DNA from: Myxococcota bacterium
GTDB taxonomy: Bacteria > Myxococcota_A > Polyangia > Nannocystales > Nannocystaceae
DNA length: 64,000 nucleotides
Reading direction: 5' to 3'
Assembly (NCBI GenBank): GCA_039028615.1
Contig: JBCCHT010000032.1
Coordinates: 64,001 to 128,000 of the forward strand
This document shows, piece after piece, positions 28,147 to 37,850 of this stretch (the stretch's first letter is position 1; every line of letters starts with the position of its first letter). Below the pieces are notes generated by a model. It was not told the DNA's origin, ran no database searches, and worked only from the letters and a program-made list of their open reading frames with translations. A program made the translations under genes and the position numbers.

Positions 28147-29537
28147 TGAGCGACGAGCCGAGTCCCACCCTCCAACTTCGCACCAGCACCATCGCCGAGC
28201 TGCCCGAGGTCCTCGACCGACACGGCATCAAGCACCACAAGATCGGCATCTTCGATATCGACGGGGTGCTGCGGGGCAAGTACGTCGACCGCAACAAGTT
28301 CCTGTCGGTGATGGACAAGGGCCTCGGCTTCTGTGACGTCGTGCTCGGCTGGGACAGCGCCGATCAGCTCTACGACAACGCCACCGTCTCGGGCTGGCAC
28401 ACCGGCTATCGCGACGCCCCGGTCACCCTCGACCCTCAGACCGCTCGCCTGCTGCCCTTCGAGCCCAACACGGTCATGGTGGTGGGAGGCTTCTCCGGCG
28501 ACTACGAGGCGGTGTGTCCCCGCGGCGTGCTGCGCAAGATGATCGAGCGGGCGGCCGCGCTGGGCTTGGCCCCCAAGGCCGCGCTCGAGTACGAGTTCTT
28601 CGTCTTCAACGAGACGCCCCACAGCGCCCGCGAAAAGGGCTACCGCAACCTCGAGCCGCTGACGCCGGGCATGTTCGGGTACTCGGTGCTGCGCAACAGC
28701 GTGCATCACGAGCTTTACCACGAGCTGCTCGAGACCATGACGGCCATGGATTGCGAGATCGAGGGCCTGCACACCGAGACGGGGCCCGGGGTCATCGAGG
28801 CCGCGCTGCGAGTCGATGAAGCGCTGCGAGCCGCCGACAAGGCCGCGCTGTTCAAGACCTTCACCAAGGTCCTCATGCAGCGTCGCGGGCTCATGGCCAC
28901 GTTCATGGCCAAGTGGAGCAACGACTACCCGGGGCAGAGCGGGCACATCCACGTGTCGCTGTGCGACGAGGAAAGCGGGGCCAACCGCTTCTACGACGAC
29001 AAGGGCGAGCACCAGATGAGCGCGCTGATGCGGCACTTCGTGGCCGGTCAGGTGCGCTACATGCCCGAGCTGCTGCCGATGGTGTGCAGCACGGTCAACG
29101 CGTTCCGACGCCTGGTGCCCGGGATGTGGGCGCCGACCCACGCCAACTGGGGCGTCGAAAATCGTACGACCGCGGTGCGGGCCATCCCCGGGGGCACCAA
29201 GGGCACGCGCTCCGAGTATCGAGTGGGGCCGGCCGACGCCAATCCCTACCTCGCCCTCGCGGCGGCGCTGGGATCGGGCCTGCGGGGCATCGAGCAGAAG
29301 CTCGAGCTGTCGCCGCCGGTCTCGGGCAACGGCTACGAGAACCCGGGCGAGGGCGCAGCCTCGTTGCCCGGCACCCTGCGCGAGGCCACCGAGGCCTTCC
29401 GCGGCTCCGAGGCGGCACGCGAGCTGTTCGGCGACACCTTCGTCGATCACTTCGCCGCCAGCCGCGACTGGGAAGACCGCGAGAATCGCAAGCACGTGAG
29501 CGACTGGGATCTGTCCCGCTACTTCGAGATCATCTGA
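28146..29537 (+). CDS. Glutamine synthetase-family protein (probable gamma-glutamyl-amine ligase)
   Basis: DIDGVLRGK, EYEFF, HTETGPG..E, ATFMAK, SGHIH, WG.ENRT, DANPYLA; 1-nt overlap with ALDH. Confidence 0.9.
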   Translation: MSDEPSPTLQLRTSTIAELPEVLDRHGIKHHKIGIFDIDGVLRGKYVDRNKFLSVMDKGLGFCDVVLGWDSADQLYDNATVSGWHTGYRDAPVTLDPQTARLLPFEPNTVMVVGGFSGDYEAVCPRGVLRKMIERAAALGLAPKAALEYEFFVFNETPHSAREKGYRNLEPLTPGMFGYSVLRNSVHHELYHELLETMTAMDCEIEGLHTETGPGVIEAALRVDEALRAADKAALFKTFTKVLMQRRGLMATFMAKWSNDYPGQSGHIHVSLCDEESGANRFYDDKGEHQMSALMRHFVAGQVRYMPELLPMVCSTVNAFRRLVPGMWAPTHANWGVENRTTAVRAIPGGTKGTRSEYRVGPADANPYLALAAALGSGLRGIEQKLELSPPVSGNGYENPGEGAASLPGTLREATEAFRGSEAARELFGDTFVDHFAASRDWEDRENRKHVSDWDLSRYFEII

Positions 29538-29549
29538 CGGAGCCGAGCC

Positions 29550-30740
29550 ATGAGCGAGACCTCTTCCCCGATTGGCAACTTCAACTATCCGGCCGCCTAT
29601 CGCATCGGGTGTGGGCGTCGCAGCGAGCTGCCCGAGGCCTGCGCGCAGCAGGGCATGGCACGGCCGCTGGTGGTCACCGACCCCGGCGTCGCCAAGCTCG
29701 AGTGGTTTTCCGCCATCGTGCAGGGGCTGCGGGCGGCCAAGCTCGGGGTCGAGGTCTTTGACGCGGTGGCGGCCAATCCCGACGGCGCCACGGTCGAGGC
29801 GGGGCTCGCCGCCTATCGCCAGGGCAACCACGACGGCATCGTGCTCATCGGCGGCGGCTCGGCCATGGACGCGGGCAAGTGCATCGCGCTTCTGGCCGAC
29901 AACCCGGGCACGGTCTTCGACTACGAGGACGTGGGGGACAACTGGACGCGGGCCGACCCCGCCAAGATCGCCCCCATCATCGCCATGCCCACCACTTCGG
30001 GCACGGGGTCCGAGGTCGGTCGCGCCAGCGTCATCGTCGACGCCAGCGATCACAACAAGAAGATCATCTTCCACCCCAAGATGCAGCCCGGCTTCGTGCT
30101 CGCCGACCCCGAGCTGACCTTCGGCCTGCCGCCCTTCATCACCGCGGCCACGGGCATGGACGCGCTGGCCCACTGCTTCGAGGCCTTCTGCGCGCCCGGC
30201 TATCACCCCATGGCCGACGGCATCGCCATCGAGGGCATGCGACTGGTCCGCGAAAACCTCCCGAAGGTGTTCGCCAACGGTCACGACGCCACTGCGCGCA
30301 CGCACATGATGATGGCCGCCTCGATGGGCGCCACCGCCTTCCAGAAGGGCCTGGGCATGGTGCACAGCCTCTCCCATCCCTTGGGCGGAGCGACGGGCAT
30401 CCACCACGGCCTGGCCAACGCGATCTTCATGCCCTACGTCATGGAGTTCAATCGCGACGTCATCGAGGACCGCATGGTCTGGCTGGCGCGGGCGCTCGAC
30501 CTGCCGCGCCCCGGTTTCGACGGGGTCATGGCGTGGATGCTCGAGCTGAGGGCACAGCTGAAGCTGCCGCATACGCTCGAGGGCTCTGCGCCCGGCTTCG
30601 ACGAGGCCATGGCCAAGCGCCTCGCACCGTTGGCGGGCCGCGATCCCTCGCAGGGCACCAACCCCAAGCCGGCCACCGACGCCGAGCTCGAGGCGGTGTT
30701 CCTCCAGGCGTGGCGCGGCGAGCTGGCTTTCTCCGGCTGA
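29550..30740 (+). CDS. Iron-containing alcohol dehydrogenase
   Basis: GGGSAMD, PTTSGTGSE, DALAH, HSLSH, HHGLAN. Confidence 0.92.
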   Translation: MSETSSPIGNFNYPAAYRIGCGRRSELPEACAQQGMARPLVVTDPGVAKLEWFSAIVQGLRAAKLGVEVFDAVAANPDGATVEAGLAAYRQGNHDGIVLIGGGSAMDAGKCIALLADNPGTVFDYEDVGDNWTRADPAKIAPIIAMPTTSGTGSEVGRASVIVDASDHNKKIIFHPKMQPGFVLADPELTFGLPPFITAATGMDALAHCFEAFCAPGYHPMADGIAIEGMRLVRENLPKVFANGHDATARTHMMMAASMGATAFQKGLGMVHSLSHPLGGATGIHHGLANAIFMPYVMEFNRDVIEDRMVWLARALDLPRPGFDGVMAWMLELRAQLKLPHTLEGSAPGFDEAMAKRLAPLAGRDPSQGTNPKPATDAELEAVFLQAWRGELAFSG

Positions 30741-30750
30741 GCCGCGACCG

Positions 30751-31827
30751 TCAGACCATCGGCCGGGACAGCCCCGCCCGGTCGATCGCCTTTTGCGGCG
30801 AGAGGCCGTCTCGCATCAGCTCCAGTGCCTGTGCGATGTCGGGCGTGCTGGGGTCGAGCAGATCGGCGAGCTCGTCGAAGGATCGCGGGTAGCGTTGCGT
30901 CAGCCGTAGGCTGTCGCTGCCTTCGCGGAGCAGCTCCAGCCCGGTCAGCTCGCCGTTGGTGCGCTCTCTTCGGACGCCCCGCAGCTCCCGCCAGGGGATC
31001 TGGATGCTCGGCGACGAGCGTGAGCCGAGCGAGAGGCCTTCGCCGTCCAAGGTCAGGAAGCGATGGGCGAGCCATAGCTTGACGGTGCCGAAGGACAGAA
31101 AACCGAAGGTCCCCACCGCCAGCAGGAGCAGTACGTGGGTGAGCCAGTAGTTCATCGAGACCGCGAGGAACCCGAAGAAGCCGACGATGGCGACGGTGAG
31201 GCCGACGATGAAGATGAAGCTGCTGGGGCTGGCCTCCCACCGCACGGGGCGTTCGAAGCGAGCGGCGCAGAGGCGGGCGAAGTCGCTGCTGGCCTTTGGG
31301 TCGCGAGGGGACTGGCGGTCGAGGTAGTCGAGCAGTCGCTGCTGGATGGTGGAGGCGGTGACGTCGAAGCCGTCGTCGGGGATCTCGAGCACGCCCTGCG
31401 GGGTGGTGATGTGCAGGGCGCTATCGCTGACCCCATTGACCGTGTAGGTGTGGGTCTTGAGCTCCCCAACCGCCGACCACGGCAGCTCGCGGTCGAAGCG
31501 GCGCAGCCACGGCAACAAGATGATCTTCTTGGACCAAGCCACGCGCAGGCCCTTGGGGCGCGCGACGACGAGGTGAGGGATGAACCACGCGTGGACGCCC
31601 CGGGTCGCGGTGAGCACGGCGTAGGGCATGAACAGGAACGAGGCGACGACGAGCAGAGGCGAGACGGACTCGGCTCGGGTGCCGAGCGAGGTGGCGGCGA
31701 CGCAGCCCAGACCGAACACCAATCGGAGGATGCGGGTGTTTCGGCCGCCCTGGGCCAGCACGACGGAGCCCGACTCGTCGCCGGAGGCTCGGTAGGGATC
31801 GGACGAGCCCGCCACGACGACCAGCAT
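30751..31827 (-). CDS. Membrane protein with two [TM hairpin + PH-like] units
   Basis: Two hydrophobic hairpins each followed by a G(L)..-(L/I)PW..(V/L) segment; start uncertain. Confidence 0.6.
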   Translation of the reverse strand: MLVVVAGSSDPYRASGDESGSVVLAQGGRNTRILRLVFGLGCVAATSLGTRAESVSPLLVVASFLFMPYAVLTATRGVHAWFIPHLVVARPKGLRVAWSKKIILLPWLRRFDRELPWSAVGELKTHTYTVNGVSDSALHITTPQGVLEIPDDGFDVTASTIQQRLLDYLDRQSPRDPKASSDFARLCAARFERPVRWEASPSSFIFIVGLTVAIVGFFGFLAVSMNYWLTHVLLLLAVGTFGFLSFGTVKLWLAHRFLTLDGEGLSLGSRSSPSIQIPWRELRGVRRERTNGELTGLELLREGSDSLRLTQRYPRSFDELADLLDPSTPDIAQALELMRDGLSPQKAIDRAGLSRPMV

Positions 31828-31886
31828 ACTGCGACCACCCGGCGCTGGGGTGGGGGCGATGACGCAAATCCTGGTACGGTTGGGGC

Positions 31887-33266
31887 ATGGATACGACGCG
31901 CGGCGCGTCCTCCAGCTCCGACCCTGCAGCCGGCGAAGGCTCGTGGGTGCTGACGCTCGCGTGCTCACCCCGGCTGGAGGCGATTGGAACTTCGTTGTTG
32001 GTGCCGCGCGGTGTGACCCTGCCGCTGGGGCGGCACCACCAGGAGTTCGGGCCGGATGCGCTGGCCGATCGCCGGATCTCACGGGAGCACGCCCGCCTGC
32101 GCGTCGACGACGACGGCACGCTGGTGGTGGAGGACTGCGGCAGTCACAACGGCACGCGACTCAATGGTCGGCGGGTGTCGGTGGCCTCGCTCCAGCGCGA
32201 CGATGTCCTGGCGATGGGCGGGGTGGTGCTGCACGTCGACTGGGACACCGACTCGCGGGTGACGGGCGCGGTGAGTCGCCTCGAGCAGGAGCTACAGCAG
32301 GTCGCCGAGCATGCCTCCGCCGTGCTGCTATGCGGGGACGCCGGGACGGGCAAGAGCTGGTGCGCGCAGCGGCTGCACGAAGGCTTCGGTCGCTCGGGTA
32401 CGCTCGTCGTGATCGACTCGGCCCTGGTGCGCGACGACGACGTCGATGAATCCCTGCTGGCTCCGGCCGACGGAGGCACGCTCGTGGTCGAGGGTCTCGA
32501 AGGGGCCGGACCTCGGCTTCAGGCCCACCTGTCCGCGGTGCTCGATCACGGTCGCACGCAGGGCCCGGGGGCGATCGATGCTCGGGTGGTGGCCACGAGT
32601 CGACGCACCCCGCTGACGGCGGACACGGGCACCGACGCCGCGCTGCTCGCTCGAATCGGCCGCTGGACGATGCACCTCGCCCCGTTGGCGGCACGGCGGC
32701 ACGAGATTCCCCGGCTGGCCGCGGCGATCGTGCAGCAGCTCGCGGGGGAGCCGATCCCGATTCGCGCTCGCTTCATGCACGAGCTGCTCGTGGCCGACTA
32801 TCCCGCCAACGTGCACGACCTCGAGGCGACACTGGCCCGGGCGCTGCACGAGCGACAGCCCGGCGAGCCCTTGGCCGCGGTGGCGAGCGCCAAGCCTCGC
32901 GCCGCGCCGCGTCCACCCGCAGCGAGCGGACCGGCCTTCGAACTCGATGGGGAAGGGCGGTGGCTCTCGGCCGGGGAGGGCGAGCGGGCCGAGCTCGAGC
33001 ACCGACCCGTGCTCATGCGCGTCTTGGCGGCCCTGGTCACCCGCTACGCCGAGGCCCGAGGCCAGGTGCTTACCGCCGAGCAGCTCATCGAGGTGGCCTG
33101 GCCCGACGAGAAACTCACCGGGCGCGCGGGGATCAACCGCCTGTACGTGGCCATCTCGACCCTTCGCAAGCTGGGGCTGGGGCAATCGCTCGAGCGCACG
33201 CGCAGCGGCTATCGGCTCGATCCGTCGGCGCGCATTCGGGTGTCGGCGCCGGGCGAGTCGGGCTGA
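31887..33266 (+). CDS. FHA domain + degenerate sigma54-type AAA+ + winged-helix regulator
   Basis: FHA (LGR, ISREHA, GSHNGT), GDAGTGKS Walker A, YPANVHDLE, C-terminal AWPDE..NRLYVAISTLRK..GYRL. Confidence 0.8.
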   Translation: MDTTRGASSSSDPAAGEGSWVLTLACSPRLEAIGTSLLVPRGVTLPLGRHHQEFGPDALADRRISREHARLRVDDDGTLVVEDCGSHNGTRLNGRRVSVASLQRDDVLAMGGVVLHVDWDTDSRVTGAVSRLEQELQQVAEHASAVLLCGDAGTGKSWCAQRLHEGFGRSGTLVVIDSALVRDDDVDESLLAPADGGTLVVEGLEGAGPRLQAHLSAVLDHGRTQGPGAIDARVVATSRRTPLTADTGTDAALLARIGRWTMHLAPLAARRHEIPRLAAAIVQQLAGEPIPIRARFMHELLVADYPANVHDLEATLARALHERQPGEPLAAVASAKPRAAPRPPAASGPAFELDGEGRWLSAGEGERAELEHRPVLMRVLAALVTRYAEARGQVLTAEQLIEVAWPDEKLTGRAGINRLYVAISTLRKLGLGQSLERTRSGYRLDPSARIRVSAPGESG

Positions 33267-35824
33267 GGCGGGTCTTCGAGCTGCTGCTGCGCCCGCGCGC
33301 GGCCCTGCTCGAACTGCTCGCGGTCGGCCACGGGCGCGGCGTTTCCGAAGGCCGCCAGCGCGGCATCGAAGTGCTCGAGCGCGGCCCGAGCATCACCCCA
33401 ATCGAGCGCGATGAAGCCCAGGCCTCCGCGCGCATAGCCGGCTCGCCACCCCTGGCCGCCTTCGCTCCCGGTGAGGATCGCGAGCGCGCGGCGATAGTGC
33501 TCGGCCGCGGCGTCCGGCTCACCCGAAGCCCGCTGGGCGTCGGCGAGGTGAACGTAGGCGTAGGCGACCGCGGGATGTTCGGGGCCGAGCGCATCGCGGC
33601 GGATCTGCAGGGCCTGCTCGAACAAGGCCCGCGCCGCCGCGGCCTCCCCCTGGGCCAGTCGCATGCGCCCCAGGTTCGCCAGCACGGGGGCCAGCGTCGG
33701 GTGCCGAGGTCCCAGGCTGGACGTCGTCGATCGGCGCGCGCGCTCGAGGTGCTCGATGGCGTCTTCGGTGCGCCCCAAGTGCGACTCCACGGCGCCGAGG
33801 TTGCTCAGCGCTCCGGCCACGCTGGGGTGCGCAGGGCCGTAGGTGAGCGACAGGGCGGTGACCGCTTCATCGAGCGCCTCCCGGGCCACGCTCGGGTCGC
33901 CATCGGCCGCGGCCACCGTGCCCAGGTTGTTGAGCGTCGCGGCCACGGTGGGGTGATGACGCCCGTAGGCCTCGCGTTGCAGCGCCAGCGCTCGTTGATA
34001 GTCGGCGCGGGCGGGGCCCAGCTCTCCGCGCTGCGCGAGCACGCCGGCCCGGGCCACGAGGGCCGCGGCGTGGCGGCGTGGATCGGCCAGTCGCTCCGCG
34101 GCGGCCATCGCATGTCCGATCCACGGTTGGGTCTCGTCGGGGAGCTGCAGCCGGATCCCCAGCACGGTGACCATCATCGTCGCGGCGTCGGCCGCCAGCC
34201 GCCCTTGACCGGACTCGGTGGCGAGGTAGTAGGCATCCTCGAGGGCGGGGCGCGCCGCGGCATAGTCCCCCGCGCGCTCGTGCAGGCGACCGAGACGAAA
34301 CTGTGCCTCGGCGAGCAACGGAGGGTAGGCGAGGGCCTGGGCCCGGACGACCAACGCCTGCGCGCGCTCGAGCCCGGGCGTGACGCGTCCCGCCAGGTCG
34401 TCGGCGTGCACCTGCGCCAGCTCGTCGCGCAAGGCTACGGCCTCGGCGAGCTTGTGCTCGGGCAGCGGCGGGATCGAGCCCTCGAGACCGGCGTCGAGAC
34501 ACTCCGCGGGCGGAGGCAGCGAAGCCGCGGCCGCGGCCGCCCGGGCGACGAGGTCGGCATCCGGCGTCACCAGGCGGCTCATGAACGCGGAGAGCTGACG
34601 GCGTCGTTGGTCGAGGCAGTCGAGTCGTCGGCCTCGGCGATCGTCGTCGGTGGCCGGCGCGGCGCAGGCTTGGTCCCAGCCCAGCTGCCAGGCCTCGAGC
34701 CACCGATCGAGCCGTTGTCGCGTGCGCTCGGCCGCCGCGTCGGCGCCCTCGGTGCCCGTGGCGACGAAGTCCGAGCGCAGGCTGGCCATGCGGCTGTCGT
34801 TCCACTCGGCATCCACCGCGGCCCGACCCGCCTCGCAGCGCGTGGGGGCTCGGTCGCCGCCGAGCGCCCACAGGCCCGCGCCCAGGATCGCAGCCCCCAG
34901 CCCGACCACGACGGCCCGCGGCCGACGAGAGCGTCGCGGATCGATCTGCTCGAGCAAGGGCCCCATGTGCGGGAAGCGTCGGCCTGGTTCGCGCTCGAGG
35001 CCGCGGCGCAGCGCCGCGTGAACCCGCCCGGGAATGCGGCCGTCGGGGGCTCGCCAATCCTTGGTGGGCTCTGCGGGACCGGTCAGGGCCTCGCGCAAGG
35101 CGACGCAGAAGGAGTACTGGTCGGTGCGCTCGTCGAGCTCCTTGCCCGCGTGCTGCTCCGGCGACATATAGGCGGCCGTGCCCGCTCGCGAGGGGCGGGT
35201 GGTGGCGCGACTGGTCGTCGTGCGCACGGCCGCCACGGCCAGCCCGAAATCGGTAACCCGCGCCAGTCCGTCGGGCCCCACCAGCACGTTCGATGGCTTG
35301 AAATCACGGTGCACGAGCTCGGCCCGATGGGCGGTGGCCAGGCCTCGGCCCGCGCCCACGAACATCGCCAAGACTTCGTCCACGGTGCGGCCTGGTCGTC
35401 GGCACCAATGATCGAGGGTGGGTCCGTCGACCAGCGCCATCGCGATGAACACCCGATCGTCGTGCACCCCGGCGTCGAACACCTCGACCACGTGGGGCGA
35501 CGAGATTCGAGCCATGGACCGAGCCTCTTGCAGCAGTCGTTGCTGCTGTCGCTCGCTCATGCGATCGGAGCGGACCAGCTTGATGGCGATCGGTCGCCCC
35601 AGCTCCTCGTCGAACGCGGCGTGCACCTCTCCGAGTCCCCCGCGACCGAGTACGTGTTCGAGGCGATAGCGACCAATGCGAGCCGGCGGAGGGCGGTGTA
35701 CGAGCCCATGGGGGGCCGTTGGGCCTTCCCGATCCCGGGCTGGACTGCCACCCCACGACGCCTCGCTGGAGGCTCCTCGTGTCGCAGTTTCGGTATTTTG
35801 GCCCGTGTTTGGACTGTACTACAT
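33209..35824 (-). CDS. Membrane Ser/Thr protein kinase with TPR ectodomain; 5' end anomalous (ATG-TAG)
   Basis: RIGRYRLEHVLGRGGLGEV upstream of the track's GTG at 35626; IAIK, HRDFKPSN, DFG, GTAAYMSPE; TM; TPRs. Confidence 0.8.
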
Positions 35825-35930
35825 CCCAATCGATCCGGAGCCAAAGTGCAGCGCGCTCTGCCGTATCGACGTTCGAGCGGGGGCGCGCGTTTAAGTGGGG
35901 CCTTGGCCGAATCCGCTCCAGACTGCCGCC

Positions 35931-37058
35931 ATGCCCCACGTCCCCGCTGCGAGTCCCCCGTCTCAGCCTTCCTCCCGACCTCACCGACGCGGGTGGAAAA
36001 CCATGCTGCTCGGCGTCGGCATCGCCATCGCTTCCGTGAGCGGATGGGTGGCGGCCAGCTCGGCGACGGCCCATCCCTTGCCCACCCAGCCCCAGCGCAT
36101 CCCGGGGGTCGAAAAGGCCAGCACCAGCACGACGCTCGAGGTGGTCGGCGGAGACCTCAAGCTCTCCGCGCTCCGCAATGCGCTCGGATCGAAGGCCACC
36201 GCGACCCGGGTCGGCGGTCGCATTCGCGTGACCGGGGCGTCCAAGGGGCAGCTCGCGGCGGCCGTGCATGGCCTCATCGGAGGCAAGGGAGCCTCGATCA
36301 CCACGCAGGGGCACTCGGCCCGAACGAAGCGCCTGACGGGGCGCGAGGTCAATCGGCTCAAAGCGATCAACGAAGGCATGGTCGCCTACGGCTTGTCGCG
36401 CAACTTCGGCCAGGGCTTCGACGACGCGGGTGACGGCGAGCAGAGTCGGGTGCAGCGATCGGTCTACCCCGTGCCTCGCTGCACCCGGATGGAGTGCGCG
36501 AGCTGTGGCGATCCCCCCGAAGCCGGTCTCGACTGCTCCGACCTCAAGCGAACCCGCGACGATGCCCTGGACGAGCTGTCCGAGCACGAGGCCAAGGTGG
36601 CCATCTGGCAGGCGGCGCTGCAGGCCCACAAGGACATGGCGTTCTACGGCGGGATCGCGGGAATGATCGGCGACATGGTGTCCGCCGCGTCCACGGTATT
36701 GAGTGCAGGCACGGCTACGGGCGCTTCACGAGCCGCGGCTCGCCTGCTGATCCAGATGGCGCGAGACGGTGCGCTCGAGGCCCTGATGGAAGAGCTGGGG
36801 ATCCCGGGGCTCGCCGACATGACCGAGGCCATGGTCGAGGAGCAGCTGTCCCAGGCAGAGACCGCTCGCGTCGCCGCGGCCGCCGCCTACGATGCAGCGC
36901 ACCAGGCGTGGGTCGAGTGCATGAACAACCCGGCATCGATGAGCCCGGCCGAACTCGCTCAGCATCGCAAGGAACTCGGCGCGTGGAATCGCTGCCGGTA
37001 CAACGTCTACATGGGCCTGGCGCCACAGTGTCAGCTGGTGGAGTTCCCCTGCCCCTAG
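35931..37058 (+). CDS. Secreted hypothetical protein with helical/Cys-rich C-terminal half
   Basis: Signal-like LLGVGIAIASVSGWVAASSATA (alternative ATG 36003); codon usage coding-like. Confidence 0.7.
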   Translation: MPHVPAASPPSQPSSRPHRRGWKTMLLGVGIAIASVSGWVAASSATAHPLPTQPQRIPGVEKASTSTTLEVVGGDLKLSALRNALGSKATATRVGGRIRVTGASKGQLAAAVHGLIGGKGASITTQGHSARTKRLTGREVNRLKAINEGMVAYGLSRNFGQGFDDAGDGEQSRVQRSVYPVPRCTRMECASCGDPPEAGLDCSDLKRTRDDALDELSEHEAKVAIWQAALQAHKDMAFYGGIAGMIGDMVSAASTVLSAGTATGASRAAARLLIQMARDGALEALMEELGIPGLADMTEAMVEEQLSQAETARVAAAAAYDAAHQAWVECMNNPASMSPAELAQHRKELGAWNRCRYNVYMGLAPQCQLVEFPCP

Positions 37059-37266
37059 AGGCTACATCGGCGCCACTGTGGTGGGATACCTAGAGTCTCC
37101 CCACCATCCCGCGCAAGCCCTCACGTTTCATTCGGTCCCGCGTTCCGATTCCAGGAGCGCGGGATTCGTGTCTCAGAGGCATGAGCGGCCGTCTCCAGGT
37201 GTAGGGCGTTTCCCTGTCCTTTGTAGGGCCGTATCGCAAGCGGGCTCTTCCATATGGGACTGAACG

Positions 37267-37674
37267 ATGTACGATTGGCCCACGATGGCCGCCGACGGTT
37301 CGATGCCCTACGACGACCTGCAGACGCAGGAAGAGGTCGAAGACATCATGGGTCCCGAGGGCGGCGCCGTCGTCCTCGACTTCTGGTCGCCGACCTGTGG
37401 TCCGTGCATGGCCATGGCGCAGGACTTCAGCGACGTGGCGTCGCAGTTCGATCGCGCAGAGGTTCGGTTCTGCAAGGTCAACACGATGGCCCACCCCGAG
37501 CTCGCCGAGCCCTTCAACATCCGGTCGGTGCCCACCATCGTGTTCGTGCACGACGGCAAGATCCTCGACGGGGTCGTGGGTCGCATGTCGGCCAAGGACC
37601 TCGGCGAGAAGTCCGAGTGGTTGTTGGGTCGAGCGCAGCGCAAGCCCGGCTTGCTGAGTCGGATCTTCAGCTAG
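37267..37674 (+). CDS. Thioredoxin family protein
   Basis: LDFWSPTCGPC, KVN, IRSVPT. Confidence 0.88.
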   Translation: MYDWPTMAADGSMPYDDLQTQEEVEDIMGPEGGAVVLDFWSPTCGPCMAMAQDFSDVASQFDRAEVRFCKVNTMAHPELAEPFNIRSVPTIVFVHDGKILDGVVGRMSAKDLGEKSEWLLGRAQRKPGLLSRIFS

Positions 37675-37850
37675 CCGCGGCACGCCGAACCGACACCGCC
37701 GCTGCGCACCCGTGGTTGTCCCCCACGCGCGGCGTGCCGGACTCGGGCAACGCCACCGCACGGGCCGGGGGTTTCCCCGGGCATCGACGGGCTGCCTACA
37801 GGGGGACCCCCCCGCAGCCCGACATCTTTGGCATCTAGGCGTGGATTGCC

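Noticed and set aside
28146..29537. Calling this gene glnA
   Set aside because: Operon context and sequence fit the gamma-glutamyl-amine ligase subgroup better
35798..35815. TTGGCCCGTGTTTGGA as a sigma54 promoter for the secreted gene
   Set aside because: The -12 element is GA rather than GC, and the neighbouring activator lacks GAFTGA
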